A stretch of 62,811 nt of DNA from Patescibacteria group bacterium (GCA_016938835.1 JAFGTW010000019.1:1-62811); one strand, 5' to 3'. Positions 1-10,373 are shown, counted from the stretch's first letter. The notes: generated from the letters alone by a model not told the origin. Numbers and translations are program-made.

Positions 1-538
<538 letters not shown>

Positions 539-600
539 AATATAGAGATCACTTTTCATAAATGGAAAGTGAATAGATTCTGGTTAAATTTTTATCCGAA

Positions 601-620
601 TTGATGCCGATTAGCATCAA
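601..620 (-). other. Perfect 7-bp hairpin in the presumed 16S leader
   Basis: ttgatgc-cgatta-gcatcaa lies about 65-80 nt upstream of the mature 16S 5' end on the minus strand. It may be a leader or processing stem. Confidence 0.3.
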
Positions 621-995
621 AATTTCTTTTTGTTTTTATTTTCACCAAGTTTCACAGTTGTCAAAGTTCATTTCTTGAAAATCATTTTCTTAGGACAGAA
701 AAAAACAGAGATATATTCAATACCTTGTTTTGATTAACTATTCTATTTTTATGTTTCAAGTATCCATATCTTATATCATTTGTTTGTAGCTGTCAAGACT
801 TATAATTAGCCCGATTTTTATTGGTGTATATTCTAGTTTATAAGTAAGCGTTTTTTTATTTGTTTTTTATAATTGGCATGTTCTATAGTGATTTTAATAA
901 ATAATAATTATTAATATATTTTTTCAGTTTATTAATTACAAGATCTGGTATTTTTGGGTTATAAAGTCATTAAATTTTCTATCGGCACTTCTCCC

Positions 996-1024
996 TTGAC
1001 AATTTTTATTAAAAGTGCTAAATT
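996..1024 (+). promoter_or_regulatory. Sigma70-like promoter candidate
   Basis: TTGACA (996-1001), 17-nt spacer, TGc-TAAATT extended -10 (1016-1024), about 95 nt upstream of the ATG at 1118. Confidence 0.4.
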
Positions 1025-1117
1025 AAAAAGAATTTCTTAAATAAGGGAAATTCATAAATATTGACCTTTAAAAATAAAAATTAAGATAAAATTAAGAATA
1101 AACAAAATCAGAAAATC

Positions 1118-2068
1118 ATGAAAAGAATTATTTTTATTGCACTGAGTGTGCTGTTTATTTTCTTATCTGCTCAAGCGCAGGTAATAATTAAGAATCCAGG
1201 ATCTTATACTCTGGAAGTAAGCGCTAATGGAAGTAGCACTTTAATTAATCCCGGACAAAATGTTCGTGTAAATTTTGTTCATCCCGGTGAAAAAGAAGTT
1301 AAATTCTTTTGTCGTTATTATGAAGGCAATAAATTGAATAGCTTTCGTTTAACTACTGATATTGTTGGTGACAACATATCTTTGAGCCCCAGTACCACCG
1401 CTGTTATCAGTGATAATAAGCGGACTAAAAAAATGTTTAATAATTCGGCTCAAACTAATCAGACTAAGGCAACAGAACAATATACGGATGACTTTATTTT
1501 TCCTGATGCTGTTAACACGCCTCTGAATATTCCGACTCAACCCGTTGTTGTTGTTAATGGATCAAGTAAAAAATGGATTACAAACTCTAATAGTAGTCCA
1601 TTTGTAGGAATATCATTAGCTCCAGGTGATGAATCTGAACCAGTGAATTTATCTCCCGGATTATATCAATTTACGGTTACAGTTGATCAGGATCAAAGCG
1701 ATGCTTCTACCGGCAGAAACTTTACTCAAGCGGTTATTAAATTTATTCTTGTGCAAGGAGCCACGGAAATAAAAATAACTGATGATAACATTACTCCTAT
1801 TGGTGGCAAAATCACCAAAGTGATACTGGCATCTACCTTTTCTGAAAAAATAGTTTTTGTTGGCAGCACCATGTATGGAAGAGCAATTAAGAGTAGTTCA
1901 CGTTTGCAGGGCAAGGTGAACTTAACCATTGGTTTTAATTCAATTTCCGTACAATTTTATTACAAAGGTGCTCGCTACCAGGCTGATTTGGAATTTATTG
2001 TAGCTGAAGGAGAACGAGTAGTGGTGATAGGTCGGCAAAACATTAAGAACATCATCCAAATTAATTAA
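1118..2068 (+). CDS. Secreted protein of unknown function
   Basis: 316-aa ORF with the signal peptide MKRIIFIALSVLFIFLSAQAQ. No catalytic motif recognised. A strong terminator follows. Confidence 0.7.
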   Translation: MKRIIFIALSVLFIFLSAQAQVIIKNPGSYTLEVSANGSSTLINPGQNVRVNFVHPGEKEVKFFCRYYEGNKLNSFRLTTDIVGDNISLSPSTTAVISDNKRTKKMFNNSAQTNQTKATEQYTDDFIFPDAVNTPLNIPTQPVVVVNGSSKKWITNSNSSPFVGISLAPGDESEPVNLSPGLYQFTVTVDQDQSDASTGRNFTQAVIKFILVQGATEIKITDDNITPIGGKITKVILASTFSEKIVFVGSTMYGRAIKSSSRLQGKVNLTIGFNSISVQFYYKGARYQADLEFIVAEGERVVVIGRQNIKNIIQIN

Positions 2069-2089
2069 ATTAATAAGATGATGTTTTAT

Positions 2090-2137
2090 CCCACACTTTT
2101 ACTTTCAATAAATGAAAGAAAAAGTGTGGGTTTTTTT
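2090..2137 (+). terminator. Rho-independent terminator
   Basis: Long hairpin cccacactttt..ctttca-ataaa-tgaaag..aaaaagtgtggg followed by a T7 tract. Confidence 0.8.
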
Positions 2138-2155
2138 ATCCAAAAGCAGCTTAAA

Positions 2156-2184
2156 TTGACCTTAAGCTTGGGCTTTGATATAAT
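2156..2184 (+). promoter_or_regulatory. Sigma70-like promoter candidate
   Basis: TTGACC (2156-2161), 17 nt, TATAAT (2179-2184). Confidence 0.5.
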
Positions 2185-2282
2185 AAAATCAAGGTTGGAG
2201 GGCCTATTTTTATTGTTATTATCAATAATTATTTTTTTATTTTTTAGCCAAAAATTTGGCTTTAATTAGATATATTACGCAT

Positions 2283-2930
2283 ATGATTCTTACTTGGCTA
2301 GGACATTCCTGTTTTAAAATGCAAGATAAAATTGGACCAGACGGCGTGACTGTTGTAACCGATCCTTATGGTAAATCTACTGGCTTAAAAATGCCAAACT
2401 GTGAGGCTAATATTGTTACCGTTTCTCATCAACACGAAGATCATAATAATATTTCTGCTTTACGCGGCAATCCTTTTGTAATTAATTGTGCTGGCGAATA
2501 TGATGTTAAGAATGTTTTAGTTGAAGGCATTGATTCTTTTCATGACGGACAAGAAGGTGCAGAGAGAGGTAAAAATATTATTTTTCGTTTAGAGATTGAT
2601 GATATATCTGTGGTTCATTTAGGGGACTTAGGGGAAACTTTAAATGATGCGCAATTAGAAAAATTAGCTGGAACAGATATTTTGTTAATACCAGTCGGTG
2701 GTAAATATACTTTAGATGCTAAGAAGGCGGTGGAAGTAATTACTCAACTTGAGCCAAGAATAGTTATTCCGATGCATTATCAGGTTCCAGGGCTCGAAAT
2801 TGAAGGGCTGGATGGAGTTGATAAATTTATTAAGGAGCTTGGATTAACTCCGTCTTATGAGGATAAGCTAAAGATAAGTAAGCGTGACCTGCCTCAGGAA
2901 GATATGGAATTAGTAATTTTAAAATTTTAA
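2283..2930 (+). CDS. Metallo-beta-lactamase-fold hydrolase (UPF0173-like)
   Basis: N-terminus MILTWLGHSCF and HxHxDH motif (HQHEDH). The ORF opens at 2256, but the homology-consistent ATG is at 2283. Confidence 0.8.
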   Translation: MILTWLGHSCFKMQDKIGPDGVTVVTDPYGKSTGLKMPNCEANIVTVSHQHEDHNNISALRGNPFVINCAGEYDVKNVLVEGIDSFHDGQEGAERGKNIIFRLEIDDISVVHLGDLGETLNDAQLEKLAGTDILLIPVGGKYTLDAKKAVEVITQLEPRIVIPMHYQVPGLEIEGLDGVDKFIKELGLTPSYEDKLKISKRDLPQEDMELVILKF

Positions 2931-2965
2931 AGTAAATAATTTAAATTTAAATATAAAAAATTAAT

Positions 2966-3568
2966 ATGACTCACCCAAAGAAAGAAAGAAGTTTTGTTAT
3001 TCTTAAACCTGACGCTATTCAGCGCAGTTTAATTGGCGACTCAATTAAACGTTTTGAAAATGCTGGTTTGAAATTAGTAGCGATGAAGTTCGGTGTCGCT
3101 TCCGAAGATACTTTATGGCAACATTATAATAAAGATGATGCTTGGTTTGAAAAAAAAGGAGCAATGACTGTTCAGAATCGCAAAGATTTGAACATGCCCG
3201 TTGAAAAAGAAGCTATTGAATATGGCAAAGACATTATTCGTGCTTTAGTTACTTTTATGAGTTGTTGCCCAGTTGTGTTTATGATTTGGGAAGGTAATCA
3301 AGCTGTATCGGTTGTAAAGAAGATTGTTGGCGGTACCGAGCCAGCTACTTCAGATGTAGGCACCATTAGAGGCGACATGACTCTTGATTCTTATGAATTA
3401 GCCAATCGTGACGAAAGGGCTGTTCGAAACTTAGTTCATTGTTCTGATGAGGTAAGTGAGGCTGAAAGAGAAATTGCGCTTTGGTTTAAAGAAGAGGAAA
3501 TAATGAACTATCGTTTAATTGCTGAACAAATCCTTTACGATGTCAATTTAGATGGAATTAAAGAATAA
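2966..3568 (+). CDS. ndk: Nucleoside diphosphate kinase, long variant
   Basis: ERSFVILKPDAIQR, GTIRGD and NLVHCSDEVSEAEREIALWF match the NDK N-terminus and the active-site His region. 200 aa, with an internal insertion. Confidence 0.85.
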   Translation: MTHPKKERSFVILKPDAIQRSLIGDSIKRFENAGLKLVAMKFGVASEDTLWQHYNKDDAWFEKKGAMTVQNRKDLNMPVEKEAIEYGKDIIRALVTFMSCCPVVFMIWEGNQAVSVVKKIVGGTEPATSDVGTIRGDMTLDSYELANRDERAVRNLVHCSDEVSEAEREIALWFKEEEIMNYRLIAEQILYDVNLDGIKE

Positions 3569-3577
3569 ATATTTAAT

Positions 3578-3760
3578 ATGTTCGCACGCGAAAAAAAGAT
3601 AACTTCTACTGAAGAAAAAAAACGTCTTATTCTAAGAGTGGGAGTTATTATTATTTCGCTTGGTATTATAATTCTATGGATTATTAGTTTAAGCTTCTCT
3701 TTTAGATCTAAGAATGTGAACAAGGAAATAGTTGATAATTCTTGGCGTCAAGATTTGTAG
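3578..3760 (+). CDS. Small membrane-anchored protein; possibly the N-terminal half of a TAG-interrupted gene
   Basis: 60-aa ORF with one TM segment (VGVIIISLGIIILWIISL). It ends at a TAG that is in frame with ORF 3839-4087. Confidence 0.4.
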   Translation: MFAREKKITSTEEKKRLILRVGVIIISLGIIILWIISLSFSFRSKNVNKEIVDNSWRQDL

Positions 3761-3838
3761 GAAACTATTAATTCATTTCGTGGAGATTTAGGCGAGAAGG
3801 TTTCATCTACCGAAGAAGAAAAGACTTTTTTAGATGGC

Positions 3839-4087
3839 ATGCTTACAAGTATAGAAAGTAAAGATAAAGCAATAATTGCTAGTAGTAGTGATGAGGTGGA
3901 AGTTATAGATTCGCTCAAGCAAGAAGAGTCTCAGAAATTTTTAGACGAATTAAAAGATAAATTACCCGTTATAGAAATTGCCACTAGTTCTTGCCCGGCA
4001 TATATTGATTGTATGCCAACAATTGGACAAGTAAAACCTTGTGTAATTCCAACGGGTTGCGAAGCTATTACTCAAATTGCTTATTGA
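3839..4087 (+). CDS. Hypothetical protein with a Cys-rich C-terminus; possibly the C-terminal half of a TAG-interrupted gene
   Basis: 82-aa ORF in the same frame as 3578-3760, with no other stop between them. Four Cys in the last 35 aa. Confidence 0.4.
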   Translation: MLTSIESKDKAIIASSSDEVEVIDSLKQEESQKFLDELKDKLPVIEIATSSCPAYIDCMPTIGQVKPCVIPTGCEAITQIAY

Positions 4088-4094
4088 AATAGAT

Positions 4095-6617
4095 ATGAAT
4101 AAAAAACAAGATTTAGAAAACATTGAAGAGGCAGAGACTCCTAAGTCAGCCATTGCAGGTGATCGTCAAACTGATTTTGGTACAGTTAGGGATCAGTCCT
4201 TAGTGGACGAAATGAGCAGCTCTTATTTGGAGTATGCTATGAGTGTTATCGTTTCTCGGGCCTTACCTGATGTTCGTGATGGTTTAAAGCCGGTTCATCG
4301 TCGTATTCTTTATGCGATGTGGAGTATTGGACTTAGGGCTAATGCTAAATTTCGTAAGTCAGCCACGGTTGTCGGTGAAGTGTTGGGTAAATATCATCCA
4401 CATGGTGATAGTGCCGTTTATGACTCAATGGTGCGTTTAGCTCAGGATTTTTCTATGCGCTATCCACTTGTTCGCGGTCAAGGAAACTTTGGTTCAATGG
4501 ACGGCGATCCTGCGGCCGCTATGCGTTATACGGAAGCAAAATTAGCCGGCATTGCTGAAGAGATGCTTTTTGATATTGAAAAAGAAACAGTTGATTTTGC
4601 TCCTAACTATGACGGTTCTCACAAAGAACCGACAGTTTTACCCGCTAAACTCCCCAATCTTTTATTAAATGGAACTATGGGCATCGCTGTTGGCATGTCT
4701 ACTAATATTCCGCCTCATAATTTAGGAGAGCTGACTCAAGCAATTAGTTATTTATTAGATAAGCCAGAAGCTACTATTGAAGAATTGATGCAGTTTGTTA
4801 AAGGTCCTGACTTTCCTACGGCTGGTATTATTTACAACCAGAAAGATATCATGTCTATGTATGCTACTGGTAAAGGTGGTATCGTTTTACGTGGTAAGGC
4901 GGAAATTGAAGAACAAAAAAGTGGCGCTTTTCATATTATTGTGACCGAAATACCTTATCAAGTTAATAAGGCGGATTTAGTAGAAAAGATTGCTAATTTA
5001 GTTAAAGATAAAAAATTAGATGGGATTAAAGCTTTGCGTGATGAGTCCGATAAAGATGGCGTTCGCATCGTGATGGAATTAAAGAAGGATTCATATCCGA
5101 AAAAAATTCTCAACGCTCTCTATAAGCACACATCTTTACAAACAACTTTTCATGTAAACATGTTGGCGCTTATTGATGGCATTCAGCCTAAAGTTTTGAC
5201 TTTGAAAATTATTTTAGAAGAATATATTAAGCACCGTGAATCAGTTATTCGTCGTCGCACTCAGTATGAATTGGATAAGGCTAAGGACAGGGCTCATATT
5301 TTAGAAGGTTTGTTAATTGCTTTAAAGAATATTGATGAGGTCATTAAAACAATTAAAGCTTCTAAAGATAAGGACGTGGCTCGTATTAGTTTGATTAAGA
5401 AGTTTAAGTTGTCAGAACGACAAGCAGTCGCTATTTTAGAGATGAAGTTGCAAAGCTTAGCTAACTTGGAGCGTTTAAAGATTGAACAGGAATGGAAAGA
5501 TAAACAGAAATTAATTAAGGAATTAGAATCAATTTTAGCATCTGTTAAAAAAATTAGATCAATTATTAAAGAAGAAATTACTGCTATGGCTGAGAAGTTT
5601 GATAGTCCTCGTCGCACCAAAGTAGTTGTTCATGGTGTTAAGGAATTTAGTCTGGAAGATTTAGTGCCAAATGAAGAGACGGTTGTGATGATGACTCGAG
5701 ATGGTTATATTAAGCGCTTGGAACCAGATACTTTTAAAGTTCAGGCTCGAGGAGGTAAAGGAGTGATGGGTCTTAGCACTAAGGAGGAGGATACGGTTGA
5801 ATTTATGTTCACAACATTTACTCACACGGACATGCTTTTCTTTACTACTCGCGGTCGCGTTTTCCAGCTTAAGGCTCATGAAATTCCACAAGCTTCTCGA
5901 ACATCAAAAGGTAATTCAATTGTAAACTTCTTACAGTTAATTGGCGGCGAGCAAGTTACTTCAGTGTTACCGCTTGATAAGATTTTTGGTAGTCAATATT
6001 TATTCTTTGCTACTGAAAAAGGCTTGGTAAAAAAGGTACAATTATCTGCTTTTGATAATGTCCGTCGTAGCGGCTTAATCGCCATTAAGATTAAAGAAGA
6101 TGATCGTTTAATTTGGGCGAAGCCAACTTCTGGTAGTGATCAGATAAACCTAGTTACTGCTAAAGGGCAGGCAATTCGTTTTAAGGAAACGGATGTGCGT
6201 GATATGGGCCGTAATGCGGCCGGTGTTCACGGGATGAGACTACATAAAGATGATGCTGTAGTTGGTATGGGCGTAGCTAAAACTGATAAGGATCGCAAGC
6301 GTAATTATCAAACTCTAATTATTATGGCCAATGGTTATGGCAAGAGAACAGATTTGTCTTTATATAAAGTTCAAGGTCGTGGTGGCAGCGGTATTAAAAC
6401 TGCTAAAGTCACAGAAAAGACTGGTGAAATTACTAATGCCTTCTTAGTTAATGCTGATTCAATGGATGGTCGTGACTTAGTTATTATTTCTAATAATGGT
6501 CAGGTTATCCGTACTCCATTCAAATCAGTCAATCAATTAGGTCGAGATACTCAAGGTGTACGCATTATGCGCTTTAAAGATCCAGAGGATAAGGTGGCTA
6601 GTGTGACTTGGGTATAG
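4095..6617 (+). CDS. gyrA: DNA gyrase subunit A
   Basis: [29 protein letters not shown] and [11 protein letters not shown] (catalytic Tyr), plus C-terminal beta-pinwheel repeats. The ORF opens at TTG 4077; the first ATG is at 4095. Confidence 0.97.
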   Translation: MNKKQDLENIEEAETPKSAIAGDRQTDFGTVRDQSLVDEMSSSYLEYAMSVIVSRALPDVRDGLKPVHRRILYAMWSIGLRANAKFRKSATVVGEVLGKYHPHGDSAVYDSMVRLAQDFSMRYPLVRGQGNFGSMDGDPAAAMRYTEAKLAGIAEEMLFDIEKETVDFAPNYDGSHKEPTVLPAKLPNLLLNGTMGIAVGMSTNIPPHNLGELTQAISYLLDKPEATIEELMQFVKGPDFPTAGIIYNQKDIMSMYATGKGGIVLRGKAEIEEQKSGAFHIIVTEIPYQVNKADLVEKIANLVKDKKLDGIKALRDESDKDGVRIVMELKKDSYPKKILNALYKHTSLQTTFHVNMLALIDGIQPKVLTLKIILEEYIKHRESVIRRRTQYELDKAKDRAHILEGLLIALKNIDEVIKTIKASKDKDVARISLIKKFKLSERQAVAILEMKLQSLANLERLKIEQEWKDKQKLIKELESILASVKKIRSIIKEEITAMAEKFDSPRRTKVVVHGVKEFSLEDLVPNEETVVMMTRDGYIKRLEPDTFKVQARGGKGVMGLSTKEEDTVEFMFTTFTHTDMLFFTTRGRVFQLKAHEIPQASRTSKGNSIVNFLQLIGGEQVTSVLPLDKIFGSQYLFFATEKGLVKKVQLSAFDNVRRSGLIAIKIKEDDRLIWAKPTSGSDQINLVTAKGQAIRFKETDVRDMGRNAAGVHGMRLHKDDAVVGMGVAKTDKDRKRNYQTLIIMANGYGKRTDLSLYKVQGRGGSGIKTAKVTEKTGEITNAFLVNADSMDGRDLVIISNNGQVIRTPFKSVNQLGRDTQGVRIMRFKDPEDKVASVTWV

Positions 6618-6644
6618 TTTATTAGTACAATATAGTTTTTATTT

Positions 6645-6675
6645 AAAAAAAGCTGTCTTTATTAGACAGCTTTTT
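6645..6675. terminator. Bidirectional rho-independent terminator
   Basis: A-tract, agctgtct-ttatt-agacagct, T-tract. Lies between convergent gyrA (+) and ORF 6698-6886 (-). Confidence 0.8.
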
Positions 6676-6697
6676 GTTAAAAGAGAGATGGTATGTT

Positions 6698-6886
6698 TTA
6701 AAATTTTTGTATAATTTTCACTACGCCTTTGTTTAAATAATGGACAACAGGGACGACATGAGGAGACTTCGAGCCAATTAAATCCAGCCCACCTTTGAAT
6801 GCCTCAAACCAGGCTTGTTGAATAATTAAAGAGGTGTCTCGTGTATAAATTTTCTTAAAGTCATTTTCCATTTTTTTTGATATCAT
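6698..6886 (-). CDS. Hypothetical small protein
   Basis: 62-aa ORF in an otherwise empty interval, with terminators on both sides. No motif recognised. Confidence 0.4.
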   Translation of the reverse strand: MISKKMENDFKKIYTRDTSLIIQQAWFEAFKGGLDLIGSKSPHVVPVVHYLNKGVVKIIQKF

Positions 6887-6960
6887 GTAACTACTATTTA
6901 TATTTAAAGTTTATCATAAAAGTTGTGCTAATCCAATATAATTATTTATATTTTTTGTTA

Positions 6961-6988
6961 AATAAAAAGCTCTACCGAAGTAGAGCTT
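6961..6988 (-). terminator. Rho-independent terminator of the minus-strand membrane-protein pair
   Basis: The minus strand reads aagctctac-ttcg-gtagagctt followed by TTTTTATT. Confidence 0.75.
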
Positions 6989-7008
6989 GTGTGTTTGATG
7001 TAATTACA

Positions 7009-7578
7009 CTATTTTGCCAGGTTAGTAGGCTTTCTTAAAAAGATAATTACAACTACTGTTGCTTCAATCACAAAGAATGTGATCGGTTGAGCAGCATTGG
7101 CAAGATCCCAGTCAGGTACAGCTATTAATGCGCAAATACATGATATTAGAAATAATATCCATGCTAATTTATCCTCTCTGCCGGGATCTTCCCAGGCGGA
7201 AATAAAAGTTGGTATAGAGCCGATGAAGGTTACGCCTAAGTTTATTAGGATGCCAAGTAATGGGCTGTCAAATAACTGCCATATAACAATGCCAATGATA
7301 GCGCCTAAAATACTTAATTTGTCTAATAAAGTCCAGCCTGGGGCACCATATTTAAATGCTAATATCACTACAATCCAAGCACCAATCACCGCTCCAATCA
7401 TTTGGCCATTTAATGTGTTCATGACAAACATACTGGCGATAGTAATCATGTCTAGACTGAGCCATATAACCCAGGATGCTTTGGCTGGTTTTGCTCCTTT
7501 TTTTAGGATAGCAATAATATAAGGTATATAGCCTATCGTGAAGATAATGCCAGCTAATACAGAAAATATCGGTTTCAT
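7009..7578 (-). CDS. Polytopic membrane protein with an internal duplication (possibly PQ-loop/SWEET-like)
   Basis: 189 aa and about 6-7 TM segments. The motifs IGYIPYIIAILKKGAKPAKASW and IGSIPTFISAWEDPGREDKLAW repeat in the two halves. Confidence 0.6.
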   Translation of the reverse strand: MKPIFSVLAGIIFTIGYIPYIIAILKKGAKPAKASWVIWLSLDMITIASMFVMNTLNGQMIGAVIGAWIVVILAFKYGAPGWTLLDKLSILGAIIGIVIWQLFDSPLLGILINLGVTFIGSIPTFISAWEDPGREDKLAWILFLISCICALIAVPDWDLANAAQPITFFVIEATVVVIIFLRKPTNLAK

Positions 7579-7579
7579 C

Positions 7580-8092
7580 TTATAAAATTTTTGTTAGAAC
7601 AATAATGATACTAATAATTTGCATTACACCAATAATATATGCTTGCTTTTGATAATATAAGTACATATTATTGATATGGCCTATTAATAATGCATGCCAA
7701 CCTATGTCTAATTTGAGACCAAGTGCAATAAAGGCAAGCATAAAAGCTAAGGTGGCAATACTTTGTAAAAACCAGAATGGTTTTTTGTGTTTAGCTTCAT
7801 AGATTATTAAGGCTGTAGCCATAATTCCGCTAAGACTGATAATTATATAATCAATGATTTGTAATCCATTTATTTCTTGTTCCCATTTATATAACCCATA
7901 AACAGAAAGTAAGGATAGTCCGATTACTATCACAGCTACAATTCTTAATTTAATTTTTATGTTAAGAATGGCAGTGAGAATATAACCAATGATTGAGAGC
8001 CACCAGCCGAGTATACTGGATATAGCTAAAAAATATTTTGACAACATTAACGAGGTTGCAGCTGCCGATTCTAAATAGCGCAGATTTTTCAT
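7580..8092 (-). CDS. Polytopic membrane protein (function unknown; a PnuC-like fold is possible)
   Basis: 170 aa, about 5-6 TM segments, 1 nt upstream of ORF 7009-7578. Confidence 0.55.
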   Translation of the reverse strand: MKNLRYLESAAATSLMLSKYFLAISSILGWWLSIIGYILTAILNIKIKLRIVAVIVIGLSLLSVYGLYKWEQEINGLQIIDYIIISLSGIMATALIIYEAKHKKPFWFLQSIATLAFMLAFIALGLKLDIGWHALLIGHINNMYLYYQKQAYIIGVMQIISIIIVLTKIL

Positions 8093-8301
8093 TACATAGT
8101 TTTTAAGATTATTTTTGGATTAATTGCTAAATTTACTAAATAATTTAATCAACTTAGTAATTAATCCAATCACCAGTATATTGGCGACAATCTTATTTTT
8201 TAAATAACTTGCCCACTATTGAGCAACTAATAAATATAGCACATTTTATCAAAATAGTCAATGTCTATAACAAAACTAGAAAGTAAGTTATAATAAAATA
8301 T

Positions 8302-9423
8302 ATGAATACTACACTTTTAATTACAATTTTTAGCTTAATTTTATTAGCTTTTATAGCGGTTATTTTTCTATTATTAAAGAAAAAAAATCCAATGGCGGAC
8401 GCTCAGGCGGTAGCCACTTTAGAACGTTTAGCTCAGCAGTCAGAAAAACTATCGCAATTAGCCACTCAAAATACAGAAATGCGCCAAGAGTTAGATAAAA
8501 AATTAAGTGAAACTCATCGAGCTAGTCAGGGTCAATTTGCTCAGACAACTAAGGTGATTCAGGATATCACTGGACAGTCAGCGAAATTAATTGCTGATGT
8601 TACCGAAAAGTTGGCAAAGCTAGATGAAACTAATAAACAGGTGGTTAATTTTTCTTCGCAATTACAAAATTTGCAAGACATTTTAAAGAATCCCAAGCAA
8701 CGAGGAGTGTTAGGGGAATATTATTTAGAAGAGACTTTGAAAAATGTTTTACCGCCCAAGTCTTATGAGTTGCAGTATTCAATGGGCAAGAACGAAAAAA
8801 CGGGTAAAGAGCTTATCGTTGACGCGGTTGTGTTTGTAAAAGATAAAATTATTCCGATTGATGCTAAATTTTCTTTGGAAAATTATGAACGTCTATTAAA
8901 TACTACTGAACCAGAAGCACGTAAAAAAATTGAAGCACAATTTAAACAAGATTTAAAGAATCGTATTGATGAAACGGCCAAATACGTTTTACCGGAAAAG
9001 GGAACCTTGGAATTTGCTTTTATGTTTATTCCTTCAGAAGCAATTTATTATGATTTGCTTGTTAATTCGGTTGGTGCCGTTAAAGTAAATACGCGTGATT
9101 TAATTGAATATGCTTTTCGTGATAAAAAAGTTATTATTGTTTCTCCTACTTCTTTCTTGGCTTACTTGCAGACAGTTTTACAAGGCTTGAAAGCTATGCA
9201 GATTGAAGAAAGCGCTAAGGAGATTAAAAAGAATATTGAAAAATTGGGTCGGCATATGCTTGGTTATGATGATTTTCTCAAAAAACTGGGCAATAGTCTT
9301 TCCACTTCAATTAATCATTACAATAATGCTTATCATGAATTCAAAAAAATTGATAAAGATGTAATTAAAATTACCGGTGGTGAAAGCAAGATTGAAGTAA
9401 TGACACTAGATCGACCAAAATAA
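8302..9423 (+). CDS. rmuC: DNA recombination protein RmuC
   Basis: N-terminal TM, long coiled coil, then an RmuC-type nuclease-like core (GVLGEYYLEETL, IVDAVVFVKDKIIPIDAKF, IIVSPTSFLAYL). Confidence 0.85.
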   Translation: MNTTLLITIFSLILLAFIAVIFLLLKKKNPMADAQAVATLERLAQQSEKLSQLATQNTEMRQELDKKLSETHRASQGQFAQTTKVIQDITGQSAKLIADVTEKLAKLDETNKQVVNFSSQLQNLQDILKNPKQRGVLGEYYLEETLKNVLPPKSYELQYSMGKNEKTGKELIVDAVVFVKDKIIPIDAKFSLENYERLLNTTEPEARKKIEAQFKQDLKNRIDETAKYVLPEKGTLEFAFMFIPSEAIYYDLLVNSVGAVKVNTRDLIEYAFRDKKVIIVSPTSFLAYLQTVLQGLKAMQIEESAKEIKKNIEKLGRHMLGYDDFLKKLGNSLSTSINHYNNAYHEFKKIDKDVIKITGGESKIEVMTLDRPK

Positions 9424-9428
9424 TTTCC

Positions 9429-10373
9429 ATGGCTAGTAAACTAGATAATTTAAGTGAATTGTCTGAGGCAATAATTAAAATTGTTGTTTTTTTTGATTTG
9501 TTCTCTTATCCATTAACTATTTACGAAATATGGCGCTATTTAAGTGTGTCGGCTGAATTTGAAGAATTGGGACCAGAAATAAAAAAGTTAATTCAGCTTG
9601 GGTATTTGATGGAAAAACAAGGATTTTATTTTCTGTCAGACCAGGAAGATTTAATTAATATTCGTAAACAACGCTATCACTATACTAACCGTAAGTTGAA
9701 AATTGCGCGTCGAGCAGCACGACTTTTTAGTTTGTTACCAACTGTTCGTTTGGTGGCTTTGAGTAATTTAATTGGACGGCATAATTTACGTGATGGCAGT
9801 GATATTGATCTTTTTATCATTACTAAAGAAAATCGCATTTGGATAACACGTTTATTCTGTGCTGGGTTGATGAAAATATTAAGACAGCGCCCAACTCCCA
9901 GCAAGAAGCGAGACAAAATTTGTTTGAGTTTTTATGTAGATGCCGCTCATCTTGATTTAAGTGGGATGACAACTGGTCCCGACGATCAATATTTTTATTT
10001 TTGGTTGGCCGGCTTATATCCTATCTATGATCGAGGCGCTTACCATCATCAATTAATGCAAGACAACGCTTGGCTTAAGGATTATTTGCCTAATGGTGAT
10101 TTTGTTCTTAGTAATCAGTCTTATCGTGAATCACCACGTTCTTGGTATAAGCCCGAGTTAGTGTTGAAAGTTTGGCGTAGTTGTTGTAATTTCTTGGAAA
10201 AGTTTGCTCAATCTTTACAAATGATGATTATGCCCCTGGCTTTAAAGAAAAAAGCTAATCTTGATTCTCGGGTAATTATTAAGCCGGGAGTTCTTAAATT
10301 ATATTTACTTGATCGGCGTCAAGAATTTGTGCGTCGTTATCAAGAACGTTTAAGACGTTTATTTAATGAATAA
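9429..10373 (+). CDS. Hypothetical protein with a Pol-beta-type nucleotidyltransferase motif
   Basis: GSDIDLFIIT resembles the GS..DxD NTase signature. Its stop overlaps the start of the next gene (ATGAATAA). Confidence 0.55.
   Translation: MASKLDNLSELSEAIIKIVVFFDLFSYPLTIYEIWRYLSVSAEFEELGPEIKKLIQLGYLMEKQGFYFLSDQEDLINIRKQRYHYTNRKLKIARRAARLFSLLPTVRLVALSNLIGRHNLRDGSDIDLFIITKENRIWITRLFCAGLMKILRQRPTPSKKRDKICLSFYVDAAHLDLSGMTTGPDDQYFYFWLAGLYPIYDRGAYHHQLMQDNAWLKDYLPNGDFVLSNQSYRESPRSWYKPELVLKVWRSCCNFLEKFAQSLQMMIMPLALKKKANLDSRVIIKPGVLKLYLLDRRQEFVRRYQERLRRLFNE

Noticed and set aside
2078-2269. 63-aa ORF between the secreted-protein gene and the MBL-fold hydrolase
   Set aside because: It spans a strong terminator hairpin (2090-2137) and a promoter candidate (2156-2184). 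The sequence is low-complexity and hydrophobic, and there is no support for coding.
5294-5891. Minus-strand ORFs (108 and 76 aa) inside gyrA
   Set aside because: These are antisense shadow ORFs within a highly conserved coding region, and their composition is low-complexity. The same reasoning applies to 1349-1540, 1726-1929, 3535-3723, 3962-4153, 9680-9916, 11039-11278, 12342-12572, 12931-13155, 19173-19442, 39219-39401, 39882-40190, 44604-44915, 45042-45260, 46279-46695, 46843-47061, 53321-53647, 54773-55018, 56779-57138, 57517-57798, 57859-58149, 59706-59939 and 62004-62213.
7097-7522. 141-aa plus-strand ORF
   Set aside because: It lies fully antisense to the minus-strand membrane protein 7009-7578. 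That protein has coherent TM periodicity and an internal repeat, and the plus-strand product has neither.
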